Below, one piece after another: positions 1-9,406 of a DNA stretch of 64,000 nucleotides; the stretch's first letter is position 1; every line of letters starts with the position of its first letter. Location of the stretch: the NCBI GenBank assembly GCA_934091055.1, contig CAKOKN010000002.1, positions 77,446 through 141,445 of the forward strand, read 5' to 3'. The DNA comes from an uncultured Bacilli bacterium. GTDB lineage: Bacteria > Bacillota_I > Bacilli_A > RF39 > UBA660. The notes below the pieces were generated by a model. The model had not been told where the DNA came from. It worked only from the letters and a program-made list of their open reading frames with translations, and did not search any database. Made by a program: the position numbers and the translations under genes.

Positions 1-1
1 A

Positions 2-196
2 TATGGAATTACTGTGCCTAAAAAAACAGGCAATGCCGTGATAAGAAACAAAACAAAAAGAAGAATAAAAAACATTATAGATAACAATAAAAACACTATA
101 CAAAATGGTTATGACTATGTTATAATTGTTAGGAAAGGCATAATAGATTTAACATACAAAGAAATAGAACAAGAATTGTTAAATTTACTAAAGTAA
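2..196 (+). CDS. rnpA: RNase P protein component, C-terminal part (5' end outside window)
   Basis: Frame is open to the window edge. The basic core YGITVPKKTGNAVIRNKTKRRIKN is typical of RnpA. It sits directly upstream of yidC-jag, as in most Firmicutes. Confidence 0.8.
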   Translation, partial: YGITVPKKTGNAVIRNKTKRRIKNIIDNNKNTIQNGYDYVIIVRKGIIDLTYKEIEQELLNLLK

Positions 197-197
197 G

Positions 198-1169
198 GTG
201 ATTAATTTGAACAAAGATAAAAATAAAAAAGTAATAAAAGTACTGCTATTAATATTCAGTTTAATAATATTAACTGGTTGCACTAAGACACTAACTGATG
301 ATAATAAAAAAGTTGTAAAAAATGAAGAAACAGGTAAGGCGCTTACAGAAAACGTATTGTGTAGGCCAGCTGATGAAAAAACACTAGAATTATATAAAGA
401 AAATGACGTAAAGATAGATAAATTACCAAAGTGTGAAAACTTTAAGCCATTCGATGAATATGAAGGACTATGGACTACAATCTTCGTAAAACCATTAGCC
501 TTTGTAATCATAAAAATAGGTGAACTCCTAGAAAAAACAGGTCTTGGTAAAGGACTTGCAAATGGCTTTGCTATAATGTTATCCTGTTTAATAATAAGAC
601 TAATATTATATCCATTCACAAAGAAGACTGCTATGCAATCAGAAAAACTAAAAAAAGTTCAACCACAATTAGAAAAACTAGAAAAGAAATATAAAGATAA
701 AACTAGTGAAGAAGATCAAAAGAGAAAAGCTGAAGAAATGATGTTGATTTACCAAAAGAATAAGATAAATCCAATATCAAGCTGTCTTCTATCATTCATA
801 CAAATACCATTATTATTCGCATTCCTAGAGGCAATCAATAGAACACCAGTAATATTTGAAAACAGTTTCTTAAAGTTAGATATGGGAACAACAATATCTC
901 ACGGAATAACTTCCAATCTATGGTACTACTATGTAATATTCCTAATTATAATCTTAGGAACATCATATCTATCATTTAGAAAGACATTAAAAGATCAAAC
1001 CGCAATGGCAACACAAATGAAAGGAACAATTTACTTTATGTTAGTAATGATACTAATAGCATCATTTAGCTTGCCGGTTGCATTAGGATTATACTGGATA
1101 GTATCTTCACTATTTACAGTATTACAAAATTTAATCGTAGAAAGAAGGGTCAAAGGTAGTAATGAATAG
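198..1169 (+). CDS. yidC: YidC/OxaA-type membrane protein insertase (lipoprotein form)
   Basis: Lipobox LTGC near the N-terminus and a multi-TM YidC core (ISSCLLSFIQIPLLFAF, LGLYWIVSSLFTVLQN). The start is uncertain: GTG 198 or TTG 207. Confidence 0.9.
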   Translation: MINLNKDKNKKVIKVLLLIFSLIILTGCTKTLTDDNKKVVKNEETGKALTENVLCRPADEKTLELYKENDVKIDKLPKCENFKPFDEYEGLWTTIFVKPLAFVIIKIGELLEKTGLGKGLANGFAIMLSCLIIRLILYPFTKKTAMQSEKLKKVQPQLEKLEKKYKDKTSEEDQKRKAEEMMLIYQKNKINPISSCLLSFIQIPLLFAFLEAINRTPVIFENSFLKLDMGTTISHGITSNLWYYYVIFLIIILGTSYLSFRKTLKDQTAMATQMKGTIYFMLVMILIASFSLPVALGLYWIVSSLFTVLQNLIVERRVKGSNE

Positions 1170-1770
1170 TCATATATACGAAGCAAAAACAAAAGAAGCT
1201 GCCCTTGAAATGGCACTTCAAGAATTAAATGTTGATAAAGAAGATTTAATTATAAATAAAGTAGATGAAAAAAACAGTCTACTAAAAAAGAGTGTTCAAA
1301 TAGAAGTTTACAATATCAATGAAATAGTTTCATTTATCAAGGATACTATAAGCGAAATAACCAAAAGAATGAATGTCGAAGCCAACTTAGAAGTAAGAAA
1401 AAGAGACAAAAGCATTTCTATAACAATCTTTTCTGATAATAATTCAATACTTATCGGAAAACAAGGCAAGAATGTTGCTGCACTTCAATTACTAATAAGA
1501 CAAATGGTTAATTCAAAATTAAATGAACCAATATCAATAACATTAGATGTTGGAAACTATAAAGAAAAAAGAATTAAAAGTATTGAAGTATTGGCTAAAA
1601 GATTAGCAAGAGAAGCTTACAAAACAAAGACAGAAATAACAATGGATAGTATGAACTCTTACGAAAGAAGAATAGTTCATTCAGTGCTATCAGATGATAA
1701 ATATGTCTATACAGAATCAACTGGTGAAGAACCAAATAGAAAAGTTGTTATAAAATTAAAAGGAGAATAA
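1162..1770 (+). CDS. jag: Jag/KhpB RNA-binding protein (Jag_N-KH-R3H)
   Basis: R3H signature SYERRIVHSVL and a KH-like segment LIGKQGKNVAALQ. Its start overlaps the yidC stop, which is the conserved yidC-jag pairing. Confidence 0.85.
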   Translation: MNSHIYEAKTKEAALEMALQELNVDKEDLIINKVDEKNSLLKKSVQIEVYNINEIVSFIKDTISEITKRMNVEANLEVRKRDKSISITIFSDNNSILIGKQGKNVAALQLLIRQMVNSKLNEPISITLDVGNYKEKRIKSIEVLAKRLAREAYKTKTEITMDSMNSYERRIVHSVLSDDKYVYTESTGEEPNRKVVIKLKGE

Positions 1771-1820
1771 TCTTCTTTTTTTTAACCCATAACATATAAA
1801 TTTAGAAGGGAAGTGATACA

Positions 1821-2684
1821 TTGAATTTTATTGAAGAAATAAGTAAAATAATAAATATAGAAGAAGTATATATAGAACTTTTTCTAAAAACATTATTCTA
1901 TACTGTAGTTATAACGCTAATAGAAAAGCTAGGTTCAAAACTACTAAAAAAAACAAAAGACAACAAAAAAGAATATGAGTATACAAGAGCTTGGAAACTT
2001 ATAATAAAAATAATCTATATAATTATAATAATGATCTTCTGGGGCCGTTATGTTAAAAACTTTATAACCTTAATAAGCGTTCTATCCGCTGCCTTTACAA
2101 TAGCTTTAAGAGATTTAATATTCAACTTTTTTTGTGGATTATATATCAAAATGGTAAAGCCTCTAGAAATCGAGGACAGAATAGAAATAAATAATTATAG
2201 AGGAGACGTAGTAAACATTAATATGATGAACTTTGAAATACTAGAAGTGACCAGTAATGACTTAACAGGCCAAAGTACAGGTATTATCATTAGCCTCCCA
2301 AATTCTATAATTTTTCAATATCCTCTAAAGAACTACAATAAAGCCTTTAAATACATATGGGACGAAATACTAGTAAAGGTTCCCCTAGACTGTGATTTAT
2401 CAAAAACAAAAAGCACCCTATATAAAATAGTAAATTCAAATGAAGTAATCAAAAATATACCTTCCAAACTAAAAAAGCAAATAAACAATGTATCAAATAA
2501 ATATAGAATATACTATAACAAATACGACCCAATAATATATACCAAAATAGTAGACAATTACATAGAACTTCAGATAAGATATCTAGTTCATCCAAAAAAA
2601 GCTAGATTTGTAGAATCCACACTATGGAACTACATATTGCAAGCATATAAAAATAATGAAATAGAACTTTATAAAAACAATTAA
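1821..2684 (+). CDS. MscS-family mechanosensitive channel-like membrane protein
   Basis: Three N-terminal TM helices followed by the MscS beta-domain pattern FNFFCGLYIKMVKPLEIEDRIEINNYRGDVVNINMMNFEILE. TTG start with GAAGGGA upstream. Confidence 0.6.
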   Translation: MNFIEEISKIINIEEVYIELFLKTLFYTVVITLIEKLGSKLLKKTKDNKKEYEYTRAWKLIIKIIYIIIIMIFWGRYVKNFITLISVLSAAFTIALRDLIFNFFCGLYIKMVKPLEIEDRIEINNYRGDVVNINMMNFEILEVTSNDLTGQSTGIIISLPNSIIFQYPLKNYNKAFKYIWDEILVKVPLDCDLSKTKSTLYKIVNSNEVIKNIPSKLKKQINNVSNKYRIYYNKYDPIIYTKIVDNYIELQIRYLVHPKKARFVESTLWNYILQAYKNNEIELYKNN

Positions 2685-2783
2685 TAGGTATTTAAAAAAT
2701 ACAAAAAATATGTTACCATTAAACTAGGAGATGATATTATTAACAACGAACTATTAGAATTTGCCAAAAGAAATAACATAAAT

Positions 2784-3551
2784 TTGGACGAAATAGAAAA
2801 ATTAAATGAGAGTAAGCTCCAATCCAAAGAAGATATTAATAGAATAGTCTACACAAATGGTTTATATGATAACGAAGAAGACACTTATATATCAATTGCT
2901 GACATAGTAGGATACGATTATAGCTGGAGAAACTCCAGGGACATAATTCTAAGTTTTGATAATTATTTCAATAAACAAGGAACAAACTATCAAACAAGAA
3001 GCATAAGTATGCTTAATTATTCATCAGAAGAAATAATTGACGGCTTAAGCAAAAGTTTTATAAAAGAACCAATTTGTATTCAAGAAGCCGAAAGAGGAAT
3101 ATATACAATATCCACAAATGGACTACACAGATATACCATTTTAAAAATACATTATTTAAACGATTTAATCAAATCCACATCAGCCTCTTCAAGAAGATCA
3201 CTAAAAGAAAAATATAAAATACCAGTAAGAAGTCAAAAAATTAATTACATTAAAACATACTGCAATTATCTACTAGATACATTCTTTTCTATAGACCTAT
3301 ATCAAGAGAGAGATGAGAAAGGCAGAACAACCGGAAAAACTAAAATCATTTCTGAAAAAAAAGAAATTGTTATGACTGATGAAGAATTAATAAAATACAC
3401 AAGAGAAAAGCTAAAAAATGTAGATCCTGTATTATATGAGAATGCCGAAAAAGCCGTATCATTAAGAAGCGAAAAGTACCAAAGCTTTCAAAAATTTATT
3501 CAAGAATACTTTTCTGATATATTTAAATCAAAGAAAGGAAGATTGTTATAA
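2784..3551 (+). CDS. hypothetical protein with a ParB/sulfiredoxin-fold-like motif
   Basis: EPICIQEAERGIYTISTNGLHRYTILK resembles the ParB-like nuclease core (compact strand, then (D/N)G-x-HR). The frame is open from 2688 but has no ATG/GTG before TTG 2784, so the start is uncertain (an AGGAG lies at 2726-2730). Confidence 0.45.
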   Translation: MDEIEKLNESKLQSKEDINRIVYTNGLYDNEEDTYISIADIVGYDYSWRNSRDIILSFDNYFNKQGTNYQTRSISMLNYSSEEIIDGLSKSFIKEPICIQEAERGIYTISTNGLHRYTILKIHYLNDLIKSTSASSRRSLKEKYKIPVRSQKINYIKTYCNYLLDTFFSIDLYQERDEKGRTTGKTKIISEKKEIVMTDEELIKYTREKLKNVDPVLYENAEKAVSLRSEKYQSFQKFIQEYFSDIFKSKKGRLL

Positions 3552-3901
3552 TGTTTAACCTAACAAAAGTAGAAGATACAAAACAATTAGAATTACCTCC
3601 TATCAAAGAAGGAGAAATATATATATTAAAAAAAGATGATACAATAGTAGGCTATGCCATAATAAATCAGTCATCCCCAAACAAAGTATATTTTTCAATA
3701 TTAGAAAAATACCGTAGTAACGGATATGGCAACATATTATTCAAACTTCTAAAAGAAAAACTAAAAGAAAAAGACTACACATCATTAACTTTCACAATAT
3801 CTAGAGACAACATTCCAGCCCAAAATATAATTGCCTCCCAAAAAGGAATACTAGTATCAAATAACAGCAAAGGAACAACATATACCATAGACTTAAAATA
3901 A
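3551..3901 (+). CDS. small GNAT-family N-acetyltransferase
   Basis: Acetyl-CoA motif A-like region EKYRSNGYGNILFKLL. The ATG overlaps the upstream stop (TAATG), implying translational coupling. Confidence 0.7.
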   Translation: MFNLTKVEDTKQLELPPIKEGEIYILKKDDTIVGYAIINQSSPNKVYFSILEKYRSNGYGNILFKLLKEKLKEKDYTSLTFTISRDNIPAQNIIASQKGILVSNNSKGTTYTIDLK

Positions 3902-4004
3902 TATCAAAAGTGTCAAGTACACTTTTTTCATTTCTATTTTTTAAAATTAAATGACAATTTAAAGATAATGTGGTAAAATACTATGGAAGAAAGAAGGAGT
4001 GTAT

Positions 4005-5351
4005 ATGGAAGATACAATCGCAGCAATATCTACAACTACCGGTATAGGTGCAATATCAATAATAAGATTAAGTGGTCCTGAAGCAATAAATATAACAAAT
4101 AAAGTATTCACCAAAAACCTAACAAATGCCGAAACTCATACCATTCATTATGGATTTATAAAAGAAAAAGCAGAAAAAATAGATGAAGTTTTAGTAAGCA
4201 TTATGAGGGCTCCCAAAACATTTACTAGAGAAGATATTGTTGAAATCAACTGCCACGGTGGAATAGCCACAACTAATAAAGTTTTAGAAATATTATTGAA
4301 TAACGGAGCAAGATTAGCAGAACCAGGCGAATTTACTAAAAGAGCATTTCTAAATGGAAGAATAGATTTACTAGAAGCCGAAGCCACTATGGACCTAATA
4401 TCTTCAAAATCAGAAACAGCAAGAAAAATATCCATAAACACTTTAACTGGCGAAACATCAAATCTAATAAAAAGTCTTCGTAACGATTTGGTTCAAATAA
4501 TCAGCAACATTGAGGTAAATATTGATTATCCAGAATATGAAGATGTTGAAGAAATGACCAATGATAAAATATTACCAAGTATACAATTATTCAAAGAACG
4601 ACTATCTAATATTATTAAAAAATCTGAAGATAGCAAAGTAATAAAAGAAGGAATAAAAGTAGGAATAATAGGCAAACCAAATGTCGGCAAAAGCAGTCTC
4701 TTAAACTCATTAATTGAAGAAGAAAAAGCAATAGTTACAAGCATTCCAGGTACAACAAGAGACATAGTAGAAGGTACAATTGTTTTAGGAGGAATAACCC
4801 TAAACATAATAGATACTGCTGGTATAAGAGAAAGTTCTGATGTCGTTGAAATGCTTGGCGTAGAGAAAAGCCGCAAAATAATAACATCTTCAGATCTAAT
4901 AATATTTATTCTAAATAACAATGAAGAAATATCTGATGAAGAAAAAGAATTATTAAAAGAAATAAAGGATAAGAAGAAAATAATCGTTGTAAATAAAATA
5001 GATTTAGAAAACAAACTAGATAAAAGTATGTTAGAAGATTATATAGAAATATCCGCAAAAGAAAATATAGGTGTAGATAAAATAAAAGACAGAATAAAAA
5101 AACTATTCAATATTGGCGAACTACAAACTAGTGATTTAACTTATCTATCAAACGCAAGAACAATATCACTATTAAAAAAATCAATGCATCAAATAGAAGA
5201 TACACTAGAGGAAATACAAAACAATAGCCCAATAGACATAGTAGAATTAGGGTTAAAAGATTCTTGGAATACACTAGGAGAAGTAATCGGAGAAACATAT
5301 AAAGACGAATTACTAGACGAACTATTTTCAAGATTCTGTTTAGGAAAGTAG
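4005..5351 (+). CDS. mnmE: tRNA modification GTPase MnmE
   Basis: G1 GKPNVGKSS, G3 DTAG, G4 NKID and the C-terminal CLGK motif. RBS GAAGGAG at 3993-3999 favours ATG 4005 over GTG 3999. Confidence 0.95.
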   Translation: MEDTIAAISTTTGIGAISIIRLSGPEAINITNKVFTKNLTNAETHTIHYGFIKEKAEKIDEVLVSIMRAPKTFTREDIVEINCHGGIATTNKVLEILLNNGARLAEPGEFTKRAFLNGRIDLLEAEATMDLISSKSETARKISINTLTGETSNLIKSLRNDLVQIISNIEVNIDYPEYEDVEEMTNDKILPSIQLFKERLSNIIKKSEDSKVIKEGIKVGIIGKPNVGKSSLLNSLIEEEKAIVTSIPGTTRDIVEGTIVLGGITLNIIDTAGIRESSDVVEMLGVEKSRKIITSSDLIIFILNNNEEISDEEKELLKEIKDKKKIIVVNKIDLENKLDKSMLEDYIEISAKENIGVDKIKDRIKKLFNIGELQTSDLTYLSNARTISLLKKSMHQIEDTLEEIQNNSPIDIVELGLKDSWNTLGEVIGETYKDELLDELFSRFCLGK

Positions 5352-5359
5352 ATGATAAT

Positions 5360-7198
5360 ATGAATTATGAAGTAATAGTAGTAGGTGGAGGACACGCCGG
5401 ATGTGAAGCTGCAGTAGCATCATCTAGAAAAGGACACAAAACACTATTAGTAACAGGAAATATAAACAATATAGCTACAATGCCTTGTAACCCATCAATA
5501 GGAGGATCAGCAAAAGGCATAATAGTAAGAGAAATAGATGCACTGGGAGGCGTAATGGGCGAAGTAGCAGACAAAACACTAATCCAAATGAAAATGCTAA
5601 ATTATGCCAAAGGTCCAGCTGTAAAATCCCTTCGTGCTCAAGCCGATAAAATAACATACCCCAAAGAAATGTTAAATCTTTTAAGACAAGAAAAAAATCT
5701 TTCTATCAAAGAGGCAATGGTTGAGGACTTAATAGTAAAAGACAATACCGTATACGGAATAGTATCAGATAGTGGAGAAAACATAACAAGTAATATCGTT
5801 ATATTAACAACTGGAACATATCTAAAATCAGACATACTAATAGGAGACACTAGAACAAGAAGCGGTCCCCATAACGAAAAACCATCAATGCATCTATCCG
5901 ACAATCTAAAAAAATATGGCTTCAATATCTTAAGATTAAAAACAGGAACCCCTCCAAGAATAGACAGAAGCACTATAGATTTTACAAAAACAAAAAGAGA
6001 AGATGGAGACAAAATACCATATACTTTTTCACATACAAATCCTCCAATCTATGATGTAAATAATCAAGAACCTTGTTATTTAATATATACAACAGCAGAA
6101 ACAAAAAAAATAATACAAGACAATTTAAATAAATCAAGTATGTACGGAGGATTAGATGACATAACAGGAGTAGGCCCTAGATACTGCCCATCAATAGAAG
6201 ATAAAATGGTAAGATTCAGTGATAAAGAAAAACATCAATTATTCTTAGAACCAGAAAGTAAATACTATGACGATATCTATATACAAGGATTTTCAACCAG
6301 TATGCCAAGAACCATTCAAGAACAAATGGTACATTCACTACCAGGTCTAGAACAAGCCAAAATACTAAGATATGCCTACGCCATAGAATATGATGCAATT
6401 TATCCAACCCAAATCAAACCAAGCTTAGAAACCAAAGTATTAAATAATCTATTCACAGCAGGCCAAATAAATGGAACAAGCGGTTACGAAGAAGCTGCCT
6501 GCCAAGGTTTAATGGCTGGTATAAATGCTGGATTAAAACTAGAAGGTAAAGAACCATTAATATTAAAACGAAATGAAGCATATATTGGCGTACTAATAGA
6601 TGACTTAGTAACAAAAGGAACTAAAGAACCTTATCGAATGCTAACATCAAGAGCAGAGTATAGATTACTATTAAGACACGATAATTCCGACCTAAGATTA
6701 AGAGAATACGGCCATAAAGTAGGATTAATAAACGGCGATAAGTACGAAAAATTCCTAGATAAAAAGAATAATATTGAAAAATTAAAAGAAGAATTAAAAG
6801 AAATAAAAGTAACTGTAGATCAAGAAAAAAGAAGAGTAACTACAACTGTATACGATTATTTAAAAACTCCAAATATTAAATTAGACGAAATAATAAAAAA
6901 CTTTAATCTAAACTTAAATTATCCACAAGATGTTGTTGAAGAAGTAGAAATCCAAATAAAATATGATGGCTACATCAAAAAAGTATGTCGTGAAGCCGAT
7001 AAAATGTTAAAACAAGAAGAAAAACAAATACCTATAGATATTGACTATGATAAAATACCTAACTTAGCTAGTGAAGCCAGACAAAAATTAAAAGAGGTAA
7101 AACCATTGACTATTGCCCAAGCAATTAGAATAAGCGGAGTAAATCCCGCGGACATCTCAATACTACTTGTGTACTTAAGGAAGTATTATAATGAATAA
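5360..7198 (+). CDS. mnmG: tRNA uridine 5-carboxymethylaminomethyl modification enzyme MnmG
   Basis: N-terminal FAD fold VIVVGGGHAGCEAA, 612 aa, directly follows mnmE. Confidence 0.95.
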   Translation: MNYEVIVVGGGHAGCEAAVASSRKGHKTLLVTGNINNIATMPCNPSIGGSAKGIIVREIDALGGVMGEVADKTLIQMKMLNYAKGPAVKSLRAQADKITYPKEMLNLLRQEKNLSIKEAMVEDLIVKDNTVYGIVSDSGENITSNIVILTTGTYLKSDILIGDTRTRSGPHNEKPSMHLSDNLKKYGFNILRLKTGTPPRIDRSTIDFTKTKREDGDKIPYTFSHTNPPIYDVNNQEPCYLIYTTAETKKIIQDNLNKSSMYGGLDDITGVGPRYCPSIEDKMVRFSDKEKHQLFLEPESKYYDDIYIQGFSTSMPRTIQEQMVHSLPGLEQAKILRYAYAIEYDAIYPTQIKPSLETKVLNNLFTAGQINGTSGYEEAACQGLMAGINAGLKLEGKEPLILKRNEAYIGVLIDDLVTKGTKEPYRMLTSRAEYRLLLRHDNSDLRLREYGHKVGLINGDKYEKFLDKKNNIEKLKEELKEIKVTVDQEKRRVTTTVYDYLKTPNIKLDEIIKNFNLNLNYPQDVVEEVEIQIKYDGYIKKVCREADKMLKQEEKQIPIDIDYDKIPNLASEARQKLKEVKPLTIAQAIRISGVNPADISILLVYLRKYYNE

Positions 7199-7892
7199 AG
7201 ATTATTTTATAGAAGAATTAACAAAACTAGACATAACTCTTGAAGACAATAAACTAAATAAACTAGAAGAATACTATAGTCTCCTAGAAGAAGAAAACAA
7301 AAAATACAATTTAACAAGAATAATAGACAAACAAAATGTATATTTAAAACACTTCTATGACAGTTTAACCATTACTAAAATAATATCTATAGATAATCAG
7401 AGCATCTGCGACTTAGGTTCGGGAGCCGGTTTTCCAGGTCTAGTATTAGCAATATGCTTTCCTAATACAAGTATAACATTAATAGAATCCAATGGTAAAA
7501 AATGTCATTTTCTAAATCTAGTAAAAGATAAATTAAAACTAAACAATGTAGTAGTATTAAATACAAGAGTAGAAGAATATGCCAAAAACAATAGAGAAAT
7601 ATTTGATATAGTAACTGCTAGAGCAGTAGCTCCACTAAAACATCTATTAGAATATGGCATCCCTTTAGTAAAAGTTAATGGCTACTTTATAGCAATGAAG
7701 GCTAATATTGATAACGAAATCAATAACATAAATAATTATTATCAAAAGTTAAATATTAAAGAAATCAACAAAATAGTATTTGAATTACCAATAGAAAACA
7801 GTTTAAGAACTCTAATCAAATATCAAAAAATAGATAAAACAAACACAAAATATCCAAGAAAATATGCTGATATTATAAAAAAAGAAATATAA
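7191..7892 (+). CDS. rsmG: 16S rRNA (guanine527-N7)-methyltransferase RsmG
   Basis: SAM motif DLGSGAGFPGLVLA. Overlaps the mnmG stop, the conserved mnmG-rsmG order. Confidence 0.9.
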   Translation: MNKDYFIEELTKLDITLEDNKLNKLEEYYSLLEEENKKYNLTRIIDKQNVYLKHFYDSLTITKIISIDNQSICDLGSGAGFPGLVLAICFPNTSITLIESNGKKCHFLNLVKDKLKLNNVVVLNTRVEEYAKNNREIFDIVTARAVAPLKHLLEYGIPLVKVNGYFIAMKANIDNEINNINNYYQKLNIKEINKIVFELPIENSLRTLIKYQKIDKTNTKYPRKYADIIKKEI

Positions 7893-7968
7893 AATACTTG
7901 TAAATTTAACAAAATTATAGTATTATTATATTAGAGTAGATAAGAAGAAGCGAAAAGAGGGTATAATT

Positions 7969-9117
7969 ATGAAGATGAACAAAGAAGTCGTAATGGTAAG
8001 ATTATCTGATATTATTCCAAATAGGTTTCAGCCTAGATTAACATTTGATGAAGAAGCATTAAATGAATTAGCTAATTCAATAAAAGAACACGGAATAATT
8101 CAACCACTAATATTAAGAGATTTAGGAAGCAAATATGAAATAATTGCTGGAGAAAGAAGATATAAAGCTGCCACAATTGCTGGTCTTACTGAAGTTCCAG
8201 CTATAATTGGCTCTATGGATGACCAAACCAGTGCAGAGCTTGCTTTAATCGAAAACATTCAAAGAAAAGATTTATCTGCAATTGAAGAAGCAAAATCATA
8301 TAAGAAAATTCTAGACATGGGTAACTTTACTCAAGAACAATTAGCAAAAAGAATGGGAAAAGGCCAATCAACAATAGCTAATAAAATGAGACTACTTGCC
8401 CTAACTAATGAAGTCCAAGTTGCACTTATGAATAACTTAATTTCTGAAAGGCACGCAAGATGCTTGCTTCAAATCAAAGATGAAGACTTACAAAAAGAAG
8501 TCTTAAATAAAATAATTTCTGAAAGAATGAATGTCAGAGACACAGATGATTATATTAAAAATTTATTAGGTCTACCAAAAAATCCTCATAATAGTATAGA
8601 ACAAGAACATCAAGAAGCAACTCCAATAGTATCTGAGCCAGAATCAGTAATTACACCAAGTGTAGCTCCAAGTATATATAGTGATAGTACTAGTAATGTA
8701 TTAAACACATTAGATAGTCCTAAGGAAGAAGAAAAACCAATCTCTTCCCCAGCTCCTGTTGTTTCAAATGAAAAAACAAGCGACAATCCAAATGTATATA
8801 CACAAGTAAAAAATACTGATTTTGTAGACATCAGCAGTCTAAATCAAGATGACTCACCAAGTACAATAACTCCAGTATTACCAGAGAATGCTGAAGATGA
8901 AAATCAAAATGAGGGAGTAACGGTTATGCCAAATATTGAAAATATAGCAACAAATAAAGAAGAAAAAGATGATTCTTTAACTAAAATTCGTCTTGCTACC
9001 GCAATTAGATTAGTAAAAGATACGTTAGAAGATATCAAAGTAGCAGGTTACAACGCCACTATTGAAGAATCTGATGAAGATAAAGAATATAAAATAGTAA
9101 TAAAAATAGAAAAATAG
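7969..9117 (+). CDS. parB: ParB/Spo0J/Noc-family protein with a long low-complexity C-terminal extension
   Basis: ParB box GERRYKAA and HTH QEQLAKRMGKGQSTIANKMRLL. Residues ~200-330 are P/S/T/E/N-rich, followed by a short folded-looking tail. Confidence 0.8.
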   Translation: MKMNKEVVMVRLSDIIPNRFQPRLTFDEEALNELANSIKEHGIIQPLILRDLGSKYEIIAGERRYKAATIAGLTEVPAIIGSMDDQTSAELALIENIQRKDLSAIEEAKSYKKILDMGNFTQEQLAKRMGKGQSTIANKMRLLALTNEVQVALMNNLISERHARCLLQIKDEDLQKEVLNKIISERMNVRDTDDYIKNLLGLPKNPHNSIEQEHQEATPIVSEPESVITPSVAPSIYSDSTSNVLNTLDSPKEEEKPISSPAPVVSNEKTSDNPNVYTQVKNTDFVDISSLNQDDSPSTITPVLPENAEDENQNEGVTVMPNIENIATNKEEKDDSLTKIRLATAIRLVKDTLEDIKVAGYNATIEESDEDKEYKIVIKIEK

Positions 9118-9176
9118 CAAATCATATCATTAAAAAATAATTTATAAATTATATTTCCATATTTTTCCAAAAAACA

Positions 9177-9205
9177 TTTACATAAGCGTTAATATATGAT
9201 ATAAT
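9177..9205 (+). promoter_or_regulatory. sigma-A-type promoter (TTTACA-17-TATAAT)
   Basis: TTTACA 9177-9182, 17-nt spacer, TATAAT 9200-9205, inside a 290-nt ORF-free gap. Confidence 0.45.
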
Positions 9206-9354
9206 TCTAAAGGATTAAGGGAAAGGGTTAATATGTAGGGTAACAACTATCCGAACTTAAGTCTCTTTACATTAATAATGTTATTATTAAATGGAGAAAA
9301 TTCTAATAGTGATGTTAGAAACATATGATATTTAATCATATTATGTATAAAGGT

Positions 9355-9385
9355 GTATATGTATATATAAAATCACCCATAATTT
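9355..9385 (+). promoter_or_regulatory. possible forespore (sigma F/G-type) promoter of spoIIR
   Basis: GTATA 9355-9359, 18-nt spacer, CATAATTT 9378-9385. The same G(A/T)ATA-18-CATAAT layout occurs upstream of sigG at 61444-61474. Confidence 0.3.
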
Positions 9386-9401
9386 AATAGAAAGGGTGAT
9401 T
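9371..9401 (+). promoter_or_regulatory. hairpin that sequesters the spoIIR RBS, or terminates the upstream transcript
   Basis: AATCACCC (9371-9378) pairs with GGGTGATT (9394-9401) around a 15-nt loop, followed by TTATT. The 3' arm contains the spoIIR Shine-Dalgarno GGGTGA. Confidence 0.4.
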
Positions 9402-9406
9402 TTATT

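Noticed and set aside
188-619. 143-aa minus-strand ORF inside yidC. The same applies to the other antisense ORFs in the track, e.g. 1031-1216, 4148-5395, 5365-6407, 8610-8831, 11024-11821, 12085-12387, 16205-16486, 22296-23387, 49447-50384, 54386-54910 and 61699-62031.
   Set aside because: Each lies wholly antisense to, or out of frame within, a well-supported conserved gene. They lack RBSs and have the Leu/Ile/Phe/Ser-rich composition expected from reading AT-rich coding DNA in the wrong frame.
7893-9120. Looked for a parS site (TGTTNCACGTGAAACA) in and around parB
   Set aside because: No match was seen by eye. The only CACGTG in the window (about 15306) lacks the flanking parS arms. This needs a computational scan to be certain.
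9213-9405. Considered 6S RNA, a yybP-ykoY Mn riboswitch (mntP is nearby) or another riboswitch
   Set aside because: The 5' and 3' ends are not complementary, as a 6S closing stem would require. I could find no conserved riboswitch core, and mntP is separated from this region by spoIIR. It is kept only as an unclassified leader/sRNA candidate.
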